A stretch of DNA of 64,000 nucleotides from Nitrososphaeraceae archaeon (GCA_035297365.1 DATGZA010000011.1:64001-128000), one strand, 5' to 3'. Numbered from the stretch's first letter, positions 43,680-53,779 are shown. Program-made: numbers and translations. Notes: generated by a model from the letters alone, not told the origin.

Positions 43680-43746
43680 CATGTATATGAAACCAGATAT
43701 AGTACGGGCTAGTAGGACTTGGAATTTGGCTTGTAATTGGGATCGG
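43680..43746 (+). repeat. Dispersed site B6 (L2-like + B)
   Basis: catgtatat-GAAACC-agatatagtac-GGGCTA-gtaggacttg-GAATTT-ggcttgtaatt-GGGATC-gg. Confidence 0.8.
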
Positions 43747-44013
43747 CTTTCTGTTATTTTATCTTACATTTTTAATATGAAGAGTTGACTAATCACAAAA
43801 TATTAATTCAGTTAATGGTACTCGAACCGTTATTTATCAAATGAGGGTTCAGTATCAAGTATTGATATATTTATTCAAATAATTTTGAATGTACCAGACA
43901 CAGTGGGGCTCTTCACAGTTCCAAGATTCTAATTTTCTACAATGCTGTCAATTATCATTATTTTTGCGATATGGGAAGAAACATTATAAAACAAGCCTTT
44001 ACAGCTTCTATTT

Positions 44014-44643
44014 TCAATACTCTTTGTATCTGAAGCACTTTATCTCATGATCATTTACCATACCAACTGCCTGCATAAAGGCATAGCAGATGGTTGAGCC
44101 GACAAATTTGAAACCACGTTTAAGCAAGTCTTTGCTCATTATAACCGATTCCTTAGTGTTAATTGGAATATCTTTAATAGTTTTGATCTTGTGATTGATC
44201 GGCCTACCATCTACAAACTGCCAGATATAGACATCAAAGGAACCGAATTCTTTTTGAATTTTCAAAAATGCATTAGCATTTTTGATTGTAGATTCAATCT
44301 TCAACCGATTACGGATAATCCCAGAATCAGTAAGAAGTCGATCTATTTGTTCCTTCCCATAACGAGCTATTTTGTACGCATGGAAATCATCAAACGCCCT
44401 GCGGTAGTTATCACGCTTATTCAAAACGGTTTGCCAAGTAAGACCTGCTTGGGCACCCTCAAGAATTAGGAATTCAAAGAGTGTGCGGTCGTCATGTACT
44501 GGTACACCCCATTCCTTGTCATGATACTCAATCATAAGAGGATTTTTACATCCTACCCAACTACACCGTCTTTTGTTGTACATTCCACTTTCATTAGAGA
44601 AGGTATAGTTACTTGTGGATATAGCGTTCGACGATTTGTCCAT
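44014..44643 (-). CDS. tag: DNA-3-methyladenine glycosylase I
   Basis: RCSW, YHDKEWGVP, LEGAQAGLTW, GIIRNRLKI, GFKFVG..ICYAFMQAVGMVNDH. Confidence 0.95.
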   Translation of the reverse strand: MDKSSNAISTSNYTFSNESGMYNKRRCSWVGCKNPLMIEYHDKEWGVPVHDDRTLFEFLILEGAQAGLTWQTVLNKRDNYRRAFDDFHAYKIARYGKEQIDRLLTDSGIIRNRLKIESTIKNANAFLKIQKEFGSFDVYIWQFVDGRPINHKIKTIKDIPINTKESVIMSKDLLKRGFKFVGSTICYAFMQAVGMVNDHEIKCFRYKEY

Positions 44644-44775
44644 TTGCTTTAAAATAATATATCAATAATATTAAATTTATTATGTAACCTACAAGTATTA
44701 TGTTAGCACTATATTTCTAGGATGTAGTCAACTAGTTTGTTTGGATAATAAATTCATAATTTTGATTATCTTGAA

Positions 44776-44846
44776 GATGTATCAGAGCCTTGATGTTATA
44801 CGGGCTCAGAGGATAGTGAACTGATTTTGACACAATTTTGTAGTTC
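44776..44846 (+). repeat. Dispersed site A9 (L2 + A)
   Basis: gatgtatca-GAGCCT-tgatgttatac-GGGCTC-agaggatagtgaactgattttgacacaattttgtagttc. Confidence 0.9.
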
Positions 44847-45712
44847 AAAAATAATATAATAATAAAGTGACCAACTGATTTTCTCAAATAAAATTTTTCT
44901 GATAACTTCAGTGTCCGTAAGCTATAAAATATCTTGTATATTTACAAGTTTTCTAAATAATCTAAACCACAATACCTGAAGCAAAAATTATTTGTAATAA
45001 ATAAATTTTCTCAATTATTATAATATAGTTCCACGATTAATATTATTTTTTAACTATACTGATCTGCGTCAAATTCAATTTTTCTTCGACCAATTTATCC
45101 TCCAACAACAGATCGGGCACTCGAACCTCGAAGCAATAGTTCTACAGTATTATTCATCATTTACAGATTTCACAAATAAAATATCTGCATATTTCAGAAC
45201 AAAATGATTCAACTTGAATATGAGAAATTATTTGTTTGCCGAAATTGATAATTAGAAAAAAGAAGCTAGTTGATATATAAACAAATATCTATTAATTTCA
45301 TATATCGTGTAAATATTTTCAATTCAACTATCTGTCAAAATCTTAAATAAAATCTAAACTACTCTCTGATCTATTATAATGTTCATTATATGTATTAATG
45401 AAGTGTTACGAATGTAAGGTTGTTAGTCATTCTGGCAGGTATACTTTTGTTTTCTCTTATAGGTCTACTATCAGCTACAGCAATAACACAAACAAACAAT
45501 AATTATAGTAGAACATCCATATGCACAAGTTGCTAATAACAATGAAAATCTCTCAATTTTATTTTCCTTGGAAGCAAAACCAGTTGGGAACAACCAAAAT
45601 AATGTCACCCAATTAATCAATCAACATAATAACTCTAAAATGAGAGATATAGAATCTGCATTCAACAATACACTAGTTTCTAAGAACCAATTTAAAAATG
45701 AAGCCAGCTTTT

Positions 45713-45758
45713 TATCTTCTAGTGATAATAAAAGATATCTTCTAGTGATAATAAAAGA
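45713..45758 (+). repeat. Tandem duplication, 2 x 23 bp
   Basis: tatcttctagtgataataaaaga twice. Confidence 0.8.
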
Positions 45759-45848
45759 TATTTTGGTCTTCAGTTATTTATTTTTAATTATATAATATTT
45801 GGAACATAAACTAAACTTAGATTAGTTAATTTCTTTGTTGATATTCGG

Positions 45849-45902
45849 TTCTTCTCCAAGGTACAAAATACTGTATGCTTTATTATCTTGTATTGTAAAG
45901 AT
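45849..45902 (+). repeat. Exact 54-bp copy of 46131-46184
   Basis: ttcttctccaaggtacaaaatactgtatgctttattatcttgtattgtaaagat. Confidence 0.9.
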
Positions 45903-45938
45903 AAATAGATTATTAATGAATAATGCATTGTTATCATT

Positions 45939-47366
45939 CTAATTCTCTTTATCATCCTCTTCATCTTTATCATCCTCTTCATCTTTATCAACGGCTTCAT
46001 CTTTATCATTAGATGAGAAAATAGAGGACAAATCAGGATTGTTTGCAGCAATAGGAGAAAGATTAGGATCTAATATTTCAAATGAATTAGCCATCATTTG
46101 AACATTAGGCAAATGTTTATCATAATCTTTTTCTTCTCCAAGGTACAAAATACTGTATGCTTTATTATCTTGTATTGTAAAGATGTCGGATCCTTTTACT
46201 TTTGAATTATCTGCAGTGTTCGTTCCATTATAAACTAGTTTGTAGGCTGATACTTTCTTGACTCCAAGAGTTGCAGTAGGATCATATTCCAAGATATTAA
46301 ATTTAGTATTCTTTGAATTAATTAATTCATTAATTTTTTGAAGCGAAAATTGTTCTAATGATCCTTTTATTTGTTGTGTTTCGCCATTTCCTGTTTGTTG
46401 TAATGAAGAGCTAACAGGTTGGACACTTACTAGAATATTAGCTTTTATCTTTTTGTCTGTTGCAAGACTTTGTAGTGGTGATGTTGTTATTCCGTCCTGC
46501 GATTCAGCTAAACTAAACATAACGGGTATACCACCTTTGTCATTTCCTGCTTTTGTCCAATTAGCAGGATATTGCATTTTAAAGCCCAATTCAGGATTTT
46601 CATATACTAACAAGTCAGATTGTTGAGCTGGAGGCGGACAGTTTGGATTATTTGGGTCACCTTCAGGTGGACAAGGTGCCGGTGGTAGGGGCGGTGGTGG
46701 TGGTGGTGGTGGCACGTCTGGGACGCATTTGTTTGTGGTAGTATCAACGTGTTGACCTGCTAGACATTCTACTGGCGGTGGTGGTAGACAGTTTCCATTT
46801 GTTGATTCACCTTCTGGTGGACAAGGTTGTGGCGAAATATCAGTATCCGATTCGGGCGCATCCAGAACTGATGCTTGCATGTCGATATCATTACCAATGG
46901 CAGCAGAAATATCGTCAGAAGGTTGTTGTAATGTTGGAGTAGTGGAAATGCTTTCTTTTATCCCTTCATCATTGATACTACTGCTACTCTCACTTATTCC
47001 TGTTTCTACATTATCATTTGGATTTTCAGGTTCAAATGGGATAGAAAAACCAATTTCTGGTTGATTTGATGCCTCCTTATCATCATCTTCTTTCTCTTTA
47101 TCTTCCTCCTCCTCTTGTTCTACTTCCTCTTGTTCTACTTCCTCTTGTTCTACTTCCTCTTCACCAAAATCATCTTCTTGTGAATAGGCTAATGATAAGA
47201 GGTTCCAGTTGACTATTGCCGAAAGTGACTCCAGATATGCGATAACATTTTTTGAACCATCCGGATTAAAATTTATTGATGCTACAGAACTTGTTACGGT
47301 AAATAATATTGAAAGAATAAAAAATGTTATTGTTGTAAAATATTGTAAATTTTTAACATTCTTCAT
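45939..47366 (-). CDS. Secreted acidic/Pro-rich protein with C-terminal PsbP-related domain
   Basis: Signal peptide, EEVEQ repeats, poly-Pro/Cys linker, YENPELGFKMQYPANW...AYSILY...MANSFEI. Confidence 0.8.
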   Translation of the reverse strand: MKNVKNLQYFTTITFFILSILFTVTSSVASINFNPDGSKNVIAYLESLSAIVNWNLLSLAYSQEDDFGEEEVEQEEVEQEEVEQEEEEDKEKEDDDKEASNQPEIGFSIPFEPENPNDNVETGISESSSSINDEGIKESISTTPTLQQPSDDISAAIGNDIDMQASVLDAPESDTDISPQPCPPEGESTNGNCLPPPPVECLAGQHVDTTTNKCVPDVPPPPPPPPLPPAPCPPEGDPNNPNCPPPAQQSDLLVYENPELGFKMQYPANWTKAGNDKGGIPVMFSLAESQDGITTSPLQSLATDKKIKANILVSVQPVSSSLQQTGNGETQQIKGSLEQFSLQKINELINSKNTKFNILEYDPTATLGVKKVSAYKLVYNGTNTADNSKVKGSDIFTIQDNKAYSILYLGEEKDYDKHLPNVQMMANSFEILDPNLSPIAANNPDLSSIFSSNDKDEAVDKDEEDDKDEEDDKEN

Positions 47367-47741
47367 TTACATTAAATAGTAATGACAATGACAAACTAAA
47401 ATATATAGTTATTTCACATAATTTTTTATATATTATTCAATATATAAAAGATTTAACTAAAATATCATAACATTTAATAACTTTTTATAAAATTTCCATC
47501 TATAAGTTTCGCTACATCTAAATACACTATAATATTCTATTCTATCTCGTATTCAATAATTCAAATAGAAATCAGTCTAGTATTCCATAACGAAAAACCT
47601 AAATAAAAATAATTAAAATTTGGACATAAATTATTATATGAAAAACAGAATATTATGATTATACAAGTTAAAAATATAAGATTTCTTTAGGCAGAAAATC
47701 TGAATATAGTTTACCACTTAATTCCAATTCATTTAAAAAAA

Positions 47742-47757
47742 TTTTCGGCGCCGAAAA
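47742..47757. promoter_or_regulatory. Perfect 16-bp palindrome TTTTCGGCGCCGAAAA between divergent genes
   Basis: GC-rich palindrome in an otherwise very AT-rich spacer. Confidence 0.45.
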
Positions 47758-48047
47758 ATTGTTATATTAGTAGTGTTATTAAAAAAATTTATTTAAATTT
47801 CATGCTATACTCATCTTTTACTAAAACAATGACAATTGTAAAATTCTATTTACATATTTACATGATATTATATTATAAAATTAGATATATTTATAAATGA
47901 AAGGACTCATTCGATGAAATCATTTTAATAAGATTGTAATTTTATCTATTCAATGGAAACTAATATAATACATTTTTATTCTTATTTAATTGATATTTAT
48001 TTTACAAATATTGCTATTATCTTAAAGACTTATGGAAGTTTTCAAGA

Positions 48048-49238
48048 TTGAGTCGTTTTTCTCATAAAGGAATAAGATTTTCAGGTGACTCCATAAAAAG
48101 TTGTATCTGTTTTATTGACGTTATAGATTCAACAAAAAATACTTTGAAATTTAGTGATTTAAAAGATACAAGAAAATATTACTCGACATTTATTAACTCC
48201 ATAAATGAAATAGTAAAAAAGTATAATGCAAAGATTATAAAAAATATTGGCGATTCATTACTATTTTATTTCCCTGATACTGCTGATACTATGAAGATTT
48301 CAAGGTTTGTAAAGGCATTAGAATGCGGTTTGGAAATTCTTGAAAATCGTCAAAATGTTAATGATAAAGTAGCAGCTGAAAACTTTCCGCCATTTAACTA
48401 TAGGATAAGCATGGATTACGGAGTGGTTGAAATAGCCTTATCAGGCGAGTACAATCAATTAGATATTTTTGGATCCGCAGTAAACCTATGTGCCAAAATT
48501 AATATTCTATCTAACCCAAATGAATTAGTAATAGGAGACAATTTGTACAGAATCCTAAAAGCTTATTCACCTATTGTCGAAAAGCATTACTTGTTTAATT
48601 TTTCTAAAGATTTTACTGTTTTAAATGGTTGTGCAACTTGCTCTCAAAAGGATGTATGCAAATTGTTTCGTGTATCAGGAGAGTATATGACTTTAGAGGA
48701 TACTAAATACTCGTGCTATATTCTTAAAAGAAAATATCCAAAAAAATTATCCCATAAAAATCAATATATTTCCAAATTGAATAATACAAGAGGTCCTCAA
48801 TTTTCTGTTCTTGCTGGTCAGAGAGATCAGGTTGAATATGAGAAAGAATATAGAGATTATAATAATATAAAAAAAATTATTCTGGTTGATGATGATCCTG
48901 AAGTTTTATACACTTTCAAATCATTTTTGACTGAATTTAAGTACAATGTTAATTCCTTTACAGATTACGAACAGGCATTACAATACATGAGATCAAATCC
49001 ATTCTATGATAATCTTTTGATAATAACAGATATTGTATTAAAAAAACTGAATGGATTGCAGTTTTATCTACAGGCCAAAACTATTGATCCGACTATAAAA
49101 TTTCTTTTTATTACGGCATATGATATTGTAGATGAGGTAATATCCGTAATCCCTGGACTGAATAAGAGTGATATAATTAGAAAACCTATAGAAAAAAATA
49201 GGTTTGTGAATAAGGTAAATTCACTACTACCTATTTAG
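48048..49238 (+). CDS. Class III adenylate/guanylate cyclase with C-terminal response-regulator receiver domain
   Basis: FIDVIDST, KNIGDSLL, RISMDYG, DIFGSAVNLCAKI; ILVDDD...ITDI...NG...FITA...KP. Confidence 0.88.
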   Translation: MSRFSHKGIRFSGDSIKSCICFIDVIDSTKNTLKFSDLKDTRKYYSTFINSINEIVKKYNAKIIKNIGDSLLFYFPDTADTMKISRFVKALECGLEILENRQNVNDKVAAENFPPFNYRISMDYGVVEIALSGEYNQLDIFGSAVNLCAKINILSNPNELVIGDNLYRILKAYSPIVEKHYLFNFSKDFTVLNGCATCSQKDVCKLFRVSGEYMTLEDTKYSCYILKRKYPKKLSHKNQYISKLNNTRGPQFSVLAGQRDQVEYEKEYRDYNNIKKIILVDDDPEVLYTFKSFLTEFKYNVNSFTDYEQALQYMRSNPFYDNLLIITDIVLKKLNGLQFYLQAKTIDPTIKFLFITAYDIVDEVISVIPGLNKSDIIRKPIEKNRFVNKVNSLLPI

Positions 49239-49652
49239 TATTTTACATTTTGAGCACTAATTATGTGAGGGTAGGTCATAATTCAATAAACAAATATCGT
49301 TTCACTAAAAATAAAAAATTCTATGAGGTAATAGACAGAAAATTTTTGAAATTTTTTATCTACTGTAAGATGAAATAATTTTAAATCGGATAAGAAAATA
49401 AGATTCATTTCATTAATATTTCAAGAAATTTTTAAAAATTACGTTATAAATATTCTATTTGAACATAAAATATTATCTGAAATCTCATAAATACCGTCAT
49501 AGTTTTGATAAATTCTTTCAACGTCATTTTTGGGGAATTACAGATGACGATAGAAAAAATACAATTCCAAATCTTATTTACAAAAAATATCCTGATTTAT
49601 TTAGTAATTGAGGTTATATTGATCGTTTGGAATTACAGTTGCAATTAATAAT

Positions 49653-49830
49653 GACTTTATTATACAAATGGGTTCTGAGGGCTTCGAGTATGACATGTAG
49701 TTGGGATCGGTTAACTAGTATTTATTAATTTGGTAACTTATTTGAATATTTGCCAAACAATTTCTAATATATTAGAAAAATGAAAAAGGGAATCAATGGA
49801 ATTTGAACCCTTCGATAAAGTGGGACCATT
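49653..49830 (+). repeat. Dispersed site B7 with long right extension
   Basis: GACTTT-N11-GGGTTC-tgagggcttc-GAGTAT-gacatgtagtt-GGGATC...gggaatcaatggaattt-GAACCC-N11-GGGACC. Confidence 0.88.
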
Positions 49831-50177
49831 ATTATATTTCTAATAAACTGATTATACATATTTAATGAGTTAAACTACTAGTCAAATATTAAGTTTCGTT
49901 GTAATTTTTGAGCCTAATTTGAGTGTAAAAAGATAAAGGACAACACTAGTAAAAATTTGGGTCAATAAGATGATTGTTAATTTCTAATTATGGGCTATTG
50001 AATTAGGGTAAATGATAAGTAACTCAAGTTTATAAGAAAAGCTAAAATCATCATTCACTTAAAGGTTAGACACTTGCAATAGTTTCTCCATCAATGACAT
50101 ATTGAGTATGGTAATATAAGTAGTCAGGTTGGATACTAAGATACAATGACGATAACGTTGCTCCCTTGTACCAGTCA

Positions 50178-51158
50178 CTACAGCTGACCTATCAAACGCA
50201 TGAGTTGGGATTGCTCATTCTTCTCATCTACAACAGGCACCAAGCTTACCATAAGTTCATCCAAACCTGCATCCAGAAGTTTGGTCAACGATGTAGCTAC
50301 TGTGTCTTCATTTCCAGAGATTATCATATTATTAACAAGATCATCAGTCACTTTCTTATCTGATGTTAGTGGGAAGCCTGCATCAGCAAACATTTTAACA
50401 TAAAAAGGAAACATCGCGTACATATCAAACATTTTATGACCTTCGACCATTACAGAATCATGATCTTGGCTAAGTGCTACCGGAACATGTGCTACCAATG
50501 GAGGAGGGTATGAGCGTCCATTAGCAGTAGCTGCTTTACGTAATAACGGAATTCCAGTATGGAGTAAATATGGAACAGGACACATCCATGAAAGAGCTCC
50601 ATCAGCAATTTCCCCAGCCAATTGAAATGCCTTTTTTCCTAGTGTTGAAATTAACACTGGAGTTTGAGCTGTACGTGGAAATTCGATTACAATGTTAAAG
50701 AACTCTCCATGATGGTCTACCTTGCCATCCCTGAGGATGGAATGCAGCACTTTTACATATTCGCGTAAATGAACCAAGGGTGTTGTCTGGGGTAAGCCGT
50801 ACATATCTTCTACAATAGTACGATGACTAGGCCCAACTCCAAGGCGCAATCTACCTGGTGCAATATCATGAAGAGCAAGAACCTGTTGTGCTAGGACTAC
50901 AGGATGCCGTGGATATGTTGGTACAATAGACGTTCCTAAGCGTACTATAGATGTTTTTATTGCTGCTGCTGCAAGTGTTGTCAGTACATCAGGGGACCAA
51001 GGAGTCTGGGCCATCCAGATTTGCTGGACACCGACAGTTTCGGCTGCAGCAATTGTTTTTATTGCTGCTGTTGCATTTGTCCCATTTACGATGAGTCCAA
51101 CACATTCGGGTATTGGTCGTCGAATTGGAGAAACTTGTAAATCTGAATATTTTGTCAT
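50178..51158 (-). CDS. LLM class flavin-dependent (probably F420) oxidoreductase
   Basis: VRLGTSIVPTYPRHP..LAQQ, GRLRLGVGPSH, LAGEIADG. Confidence 0.9.
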   Translation of the reverse strand: MTKYSDLQVSPIRRPIPECVGLIVNGTNATAAIKTIAAAETVGVQQIWMAQTPWSPDVLTTLAAAAIKTSIVRLGTSIVPTYPRHPVVLAQQVLALHDIAPGRLRLGVGPSHRTIVEDMYGLPQTTPLVHLREYVKVLHSILRDGKVDHHGEFFNIVIEFPRTAQTPVLISTLGKKAFQLAGEIADGALSWMCPVPYLLHTGIPLLRKAATANGRSYPPPLVAHVPVALSQDHDSVMVEGHKMFDMYAMFPFYVKMFADAGFPLTSDKKVTDDLVNNMIISGNEDTVATSLTKLLDAGLDELMVSLVPVVDEKNEQSQLMRLIGQL

Positions 51159-51480
51159 ATTTTAGTCTCCCATCTTATTTGCTTATCCATTTCTAGAAAT
51201 CCCACATTGATAGAATATAGAACATGATACAGAATAAGTATTGCACTGTATGTGCTTCTACTAAATCGCTGTTATTAAAAGCATTTTTTAGGTAATTAAT
51301 CATCATCATCACTATTTTTTCATTAATAAGAATTATAAATCTGATATTGTTTTTTAAAAAGTTTTATTTCTATAAATTCTAAGTTATTATTTTTAGTAGC
51401 AAACACAGTAGCCGTAGGATTACTATTTCTATTTTTATTACTTCAGAATCAAAATTGTTATCTTAAATATAGAGGGTGTT

Positions 51481-51617
51481 ATCTGCTTGGCCCCATTGAC
51501 TAAATGGGCTCAATAACTAAAACTTAAGCTTGGAATGCTTCGAGTTTGACATGTAATTGGAATATGTTTTTTAAGATTTAAAATTTGACTTTTCGTATTC
51601 ACCAATAATGTGACCAC
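51481..51617 (+). repeat. Dispersed site B8 (L6 + B)
   Basis: atctgctt-GGCCCC-attgactaaat-GGGCTC...ggaatgcttcgagtttgacatgtaattggaat. Confidence 0.85.
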
Positions 51618-52074
51618 TGTGAAACCTATTAGAAGAATCAAGGGTTTAAAGAGAAAAAGACTAGTTTTTGATATTGTAATTCAATTAGGAGGTAAAGTAC
51701 AAAGTTCACAAAGGGAAAAGAGATATCAAGACTGGTTTATTGGATTTACTTGTCTATTATGAAGCACCAGAAGGAAAGAGGGACAAAGTAAAGACAAGGT
51801 TTGAATTTATTAAAAATAAATCCGGTAGGGTTATAATACAAAATCAGTAAGTAACTAATAACAATACTATACTATTGTTACTACTACAAATATTATATAG
51901 TAATATTTCAAATAGTACAAATACTATTAGTAACATGATAAAAAGTATACATGAATAACACCTGTTGTTACGGTTGCAATACTCCGATATACTGGAATAT
52001 AGAGAAAGGAGAGTATTGGGAACTATTCCAATGTAAAAAACATATCTGTTCTTACCTGCAGAATAAACCAATAA

Positions 52075-52250
52075 CACACTAACTAACTATCACTGCCATA
52101 GAAGCTAGATCTATCTTTTTGTTAGTGGTTATTACGGTGTTATTTACGAATTTAATATATCTGTGGTTAGAAGGAACATTATCTAATGTTCTAATGTTCT
52201 ATCATTCTGAGTCATTAACTATAGTAAGGATAGCAATTGATCTTCAAGTT
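52075..52250 (-). pseudogene. CVNSNINVNG-family copy 5: conserved leader plus decayed signal-peptide stub
   Basis: Leader nearly identical to 4456-4570 including the palindrome; stub reads TNKKIDLASMAVIVS*. Confidence 0.65.
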
Positions 52251-52306
52251 CAATTGGTTGACGGGCTCGGAGGATTGTCAACTGATTCTGACACAAATTT
52301 ATAGTT
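52250..52306 (+). repeat. Dispersed site A10 (L4 + A)
   Basis: tcaattggttgac-GGGCTC-ggaggattgtcaactgattctgacacaaatttatagtt. Confidence 0.88.
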
Positions 52307-52484
52307 GAGATCATTTTTTCTATTATTAATTATAATACTTTTAAATGTAATAAAAAAATTACTAATTTTATATAATACTATAATATTAGTTCAAATAATT
52401 CTGTAGAATAAGATAACTTCGAGGTTCATTTTATAATAATTATTAAAAATTTTGGGAATTAAAAAAGGAGAATTAATTAAGTTA

Positions 52485-52733
52485 TTAATTATTTTGACAT
52501 ATCTTATATTTTTCACTCTCTTCGGGATCATCACACAACGCATCTTCATAAGCTGTTCGCTCATCGTCATCATCTATTTCACATTTATTTTTATCATCAT
52601 TCCATTCTCCACTATAATTTGGACATAATTCTTTTGCCTTGTCTTCTGCATATATATAGTGTGTTTGAGTCATTGTAATAACTGCAATGATCAAGGTAAC
52701 CATTGTTCCAAGTTTTAATACTGATAGTTTCAA
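52485..52733 (-). CDS. Small secreted Cys-rich acidic protein
   Basis: Signal-peptide-like N-terminus, 4 Cys. Confidence 0.6.
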   Translation of the reverse strand: MKLSVLKLGTMVTLIIAVITMTQTHYIYAEDKAKELCPNYSGEWNDDKNKCEIDDDDERTAYEDALCDDPEESEKYKICQNN

Positions 52734-52904
52734 TTTATAATTAATAACCCCAACATATTATTTAACACTTTACAACCATCAATTAAATCATGTTATTATT
52801 TATTTGGTCCAATGAGGGGGCTTAAGGACTAGTACTGGGTCCATTATATTTCCAACCTCTATGAAATTTCTATGGTACATATGTTGGTGTTGCTATACAA
52901 AGAT

Positions 52905-53031
52905 TTCACTTTCTACCTTAATATCATTTTCTATTCTTCTTATAGTCAATAATTCAGAATGATAGGATAATACAATATAAGATAATGTTTCTTCTAACCT
53001 TCGATATAATAAATTCGTATTCAAGAATGTA
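52905..53031 (+). promoter_or_regulatory. Conserved leader of the CVNSNINVNG family (copy 6)
   Basis: ctattcttcttatagtcaataattcagaatgatag...gataatgtttcttctaacc. Confidence 0.7.
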
Positions 53032-53508
53032 ATGAGCAATAGTAATAACAACAGAATGATAGTATTTGCTTGCATACTGGGAGCAATACTAGCAACAAGT
53101 ATACTGGCTCTAAACCCATCAACAATTACAAATGCACAAGCAATGCCATATGGCAGTGAAGATTATGACTATCGATATTCCTATGGTGATCAATATGGAG
53201 ATGGTCGCAACTATTATCAAGACGAGAATAGATATAGTTATGATAATAACCATCAAAAAAAGAGTTCTCACACAGATACCCAGAATATAAAGTGTGTAAA
53301 CAGTAACATAAATGTAAATGGAATAGATATTGTAACTAATATCAAAATAGAAATAAATGCAAACCTATATCTAGAAAAATGTGCTGCATACTTTACAGAA
53401 GAAAATCAAAAATTTATGTATCAAAGAAAAATAATATATTCTCAAAGATTTTCAAATGAAATAATGTATGTTAGTTCTTTTATACTAGTAGTTAAAACTA
53501 CAAATTAA
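53032..53508 (+). pseudogene. CVNSNINVNG-module copy 6, family similarity ends after NGIDI (about 53330)
   Basis: MSNSNNNRMIVFACILGAILATSILALNPS...QNIKCVNSNINVNGIDI then unrelated AT-rich sequence. Confidence 0.75.
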
Positions 53509-53779
53509 GGATCAAGATAACCAAAACCATTTACGAGGTCCATAACGAGATTTAGTATGTCTATTTACATAAATTCGTGATATTGTGTTATATTATTGTC
53601 TACTTATATTTATCTTTCATAATTTATTATTTATCTACCTAATCAGTAGTTAACCAATTAATTAATCGATCATTTCATACGGAACTTGTAGATGGTTTCC
53701 GATGTATTTCTTTTTCAATTTCTTTTTATTATGCTATCCTTCCAGTGCCTACAGAATAAAAGTGGAAAATTGATTTGTT

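Noticed and set aside
45849-46184. Diversity-generating retroelement TR/VR pair
   Set aside because: The copies are identical with no adenine-specific mismatches, and no reverse transcriptase is present.
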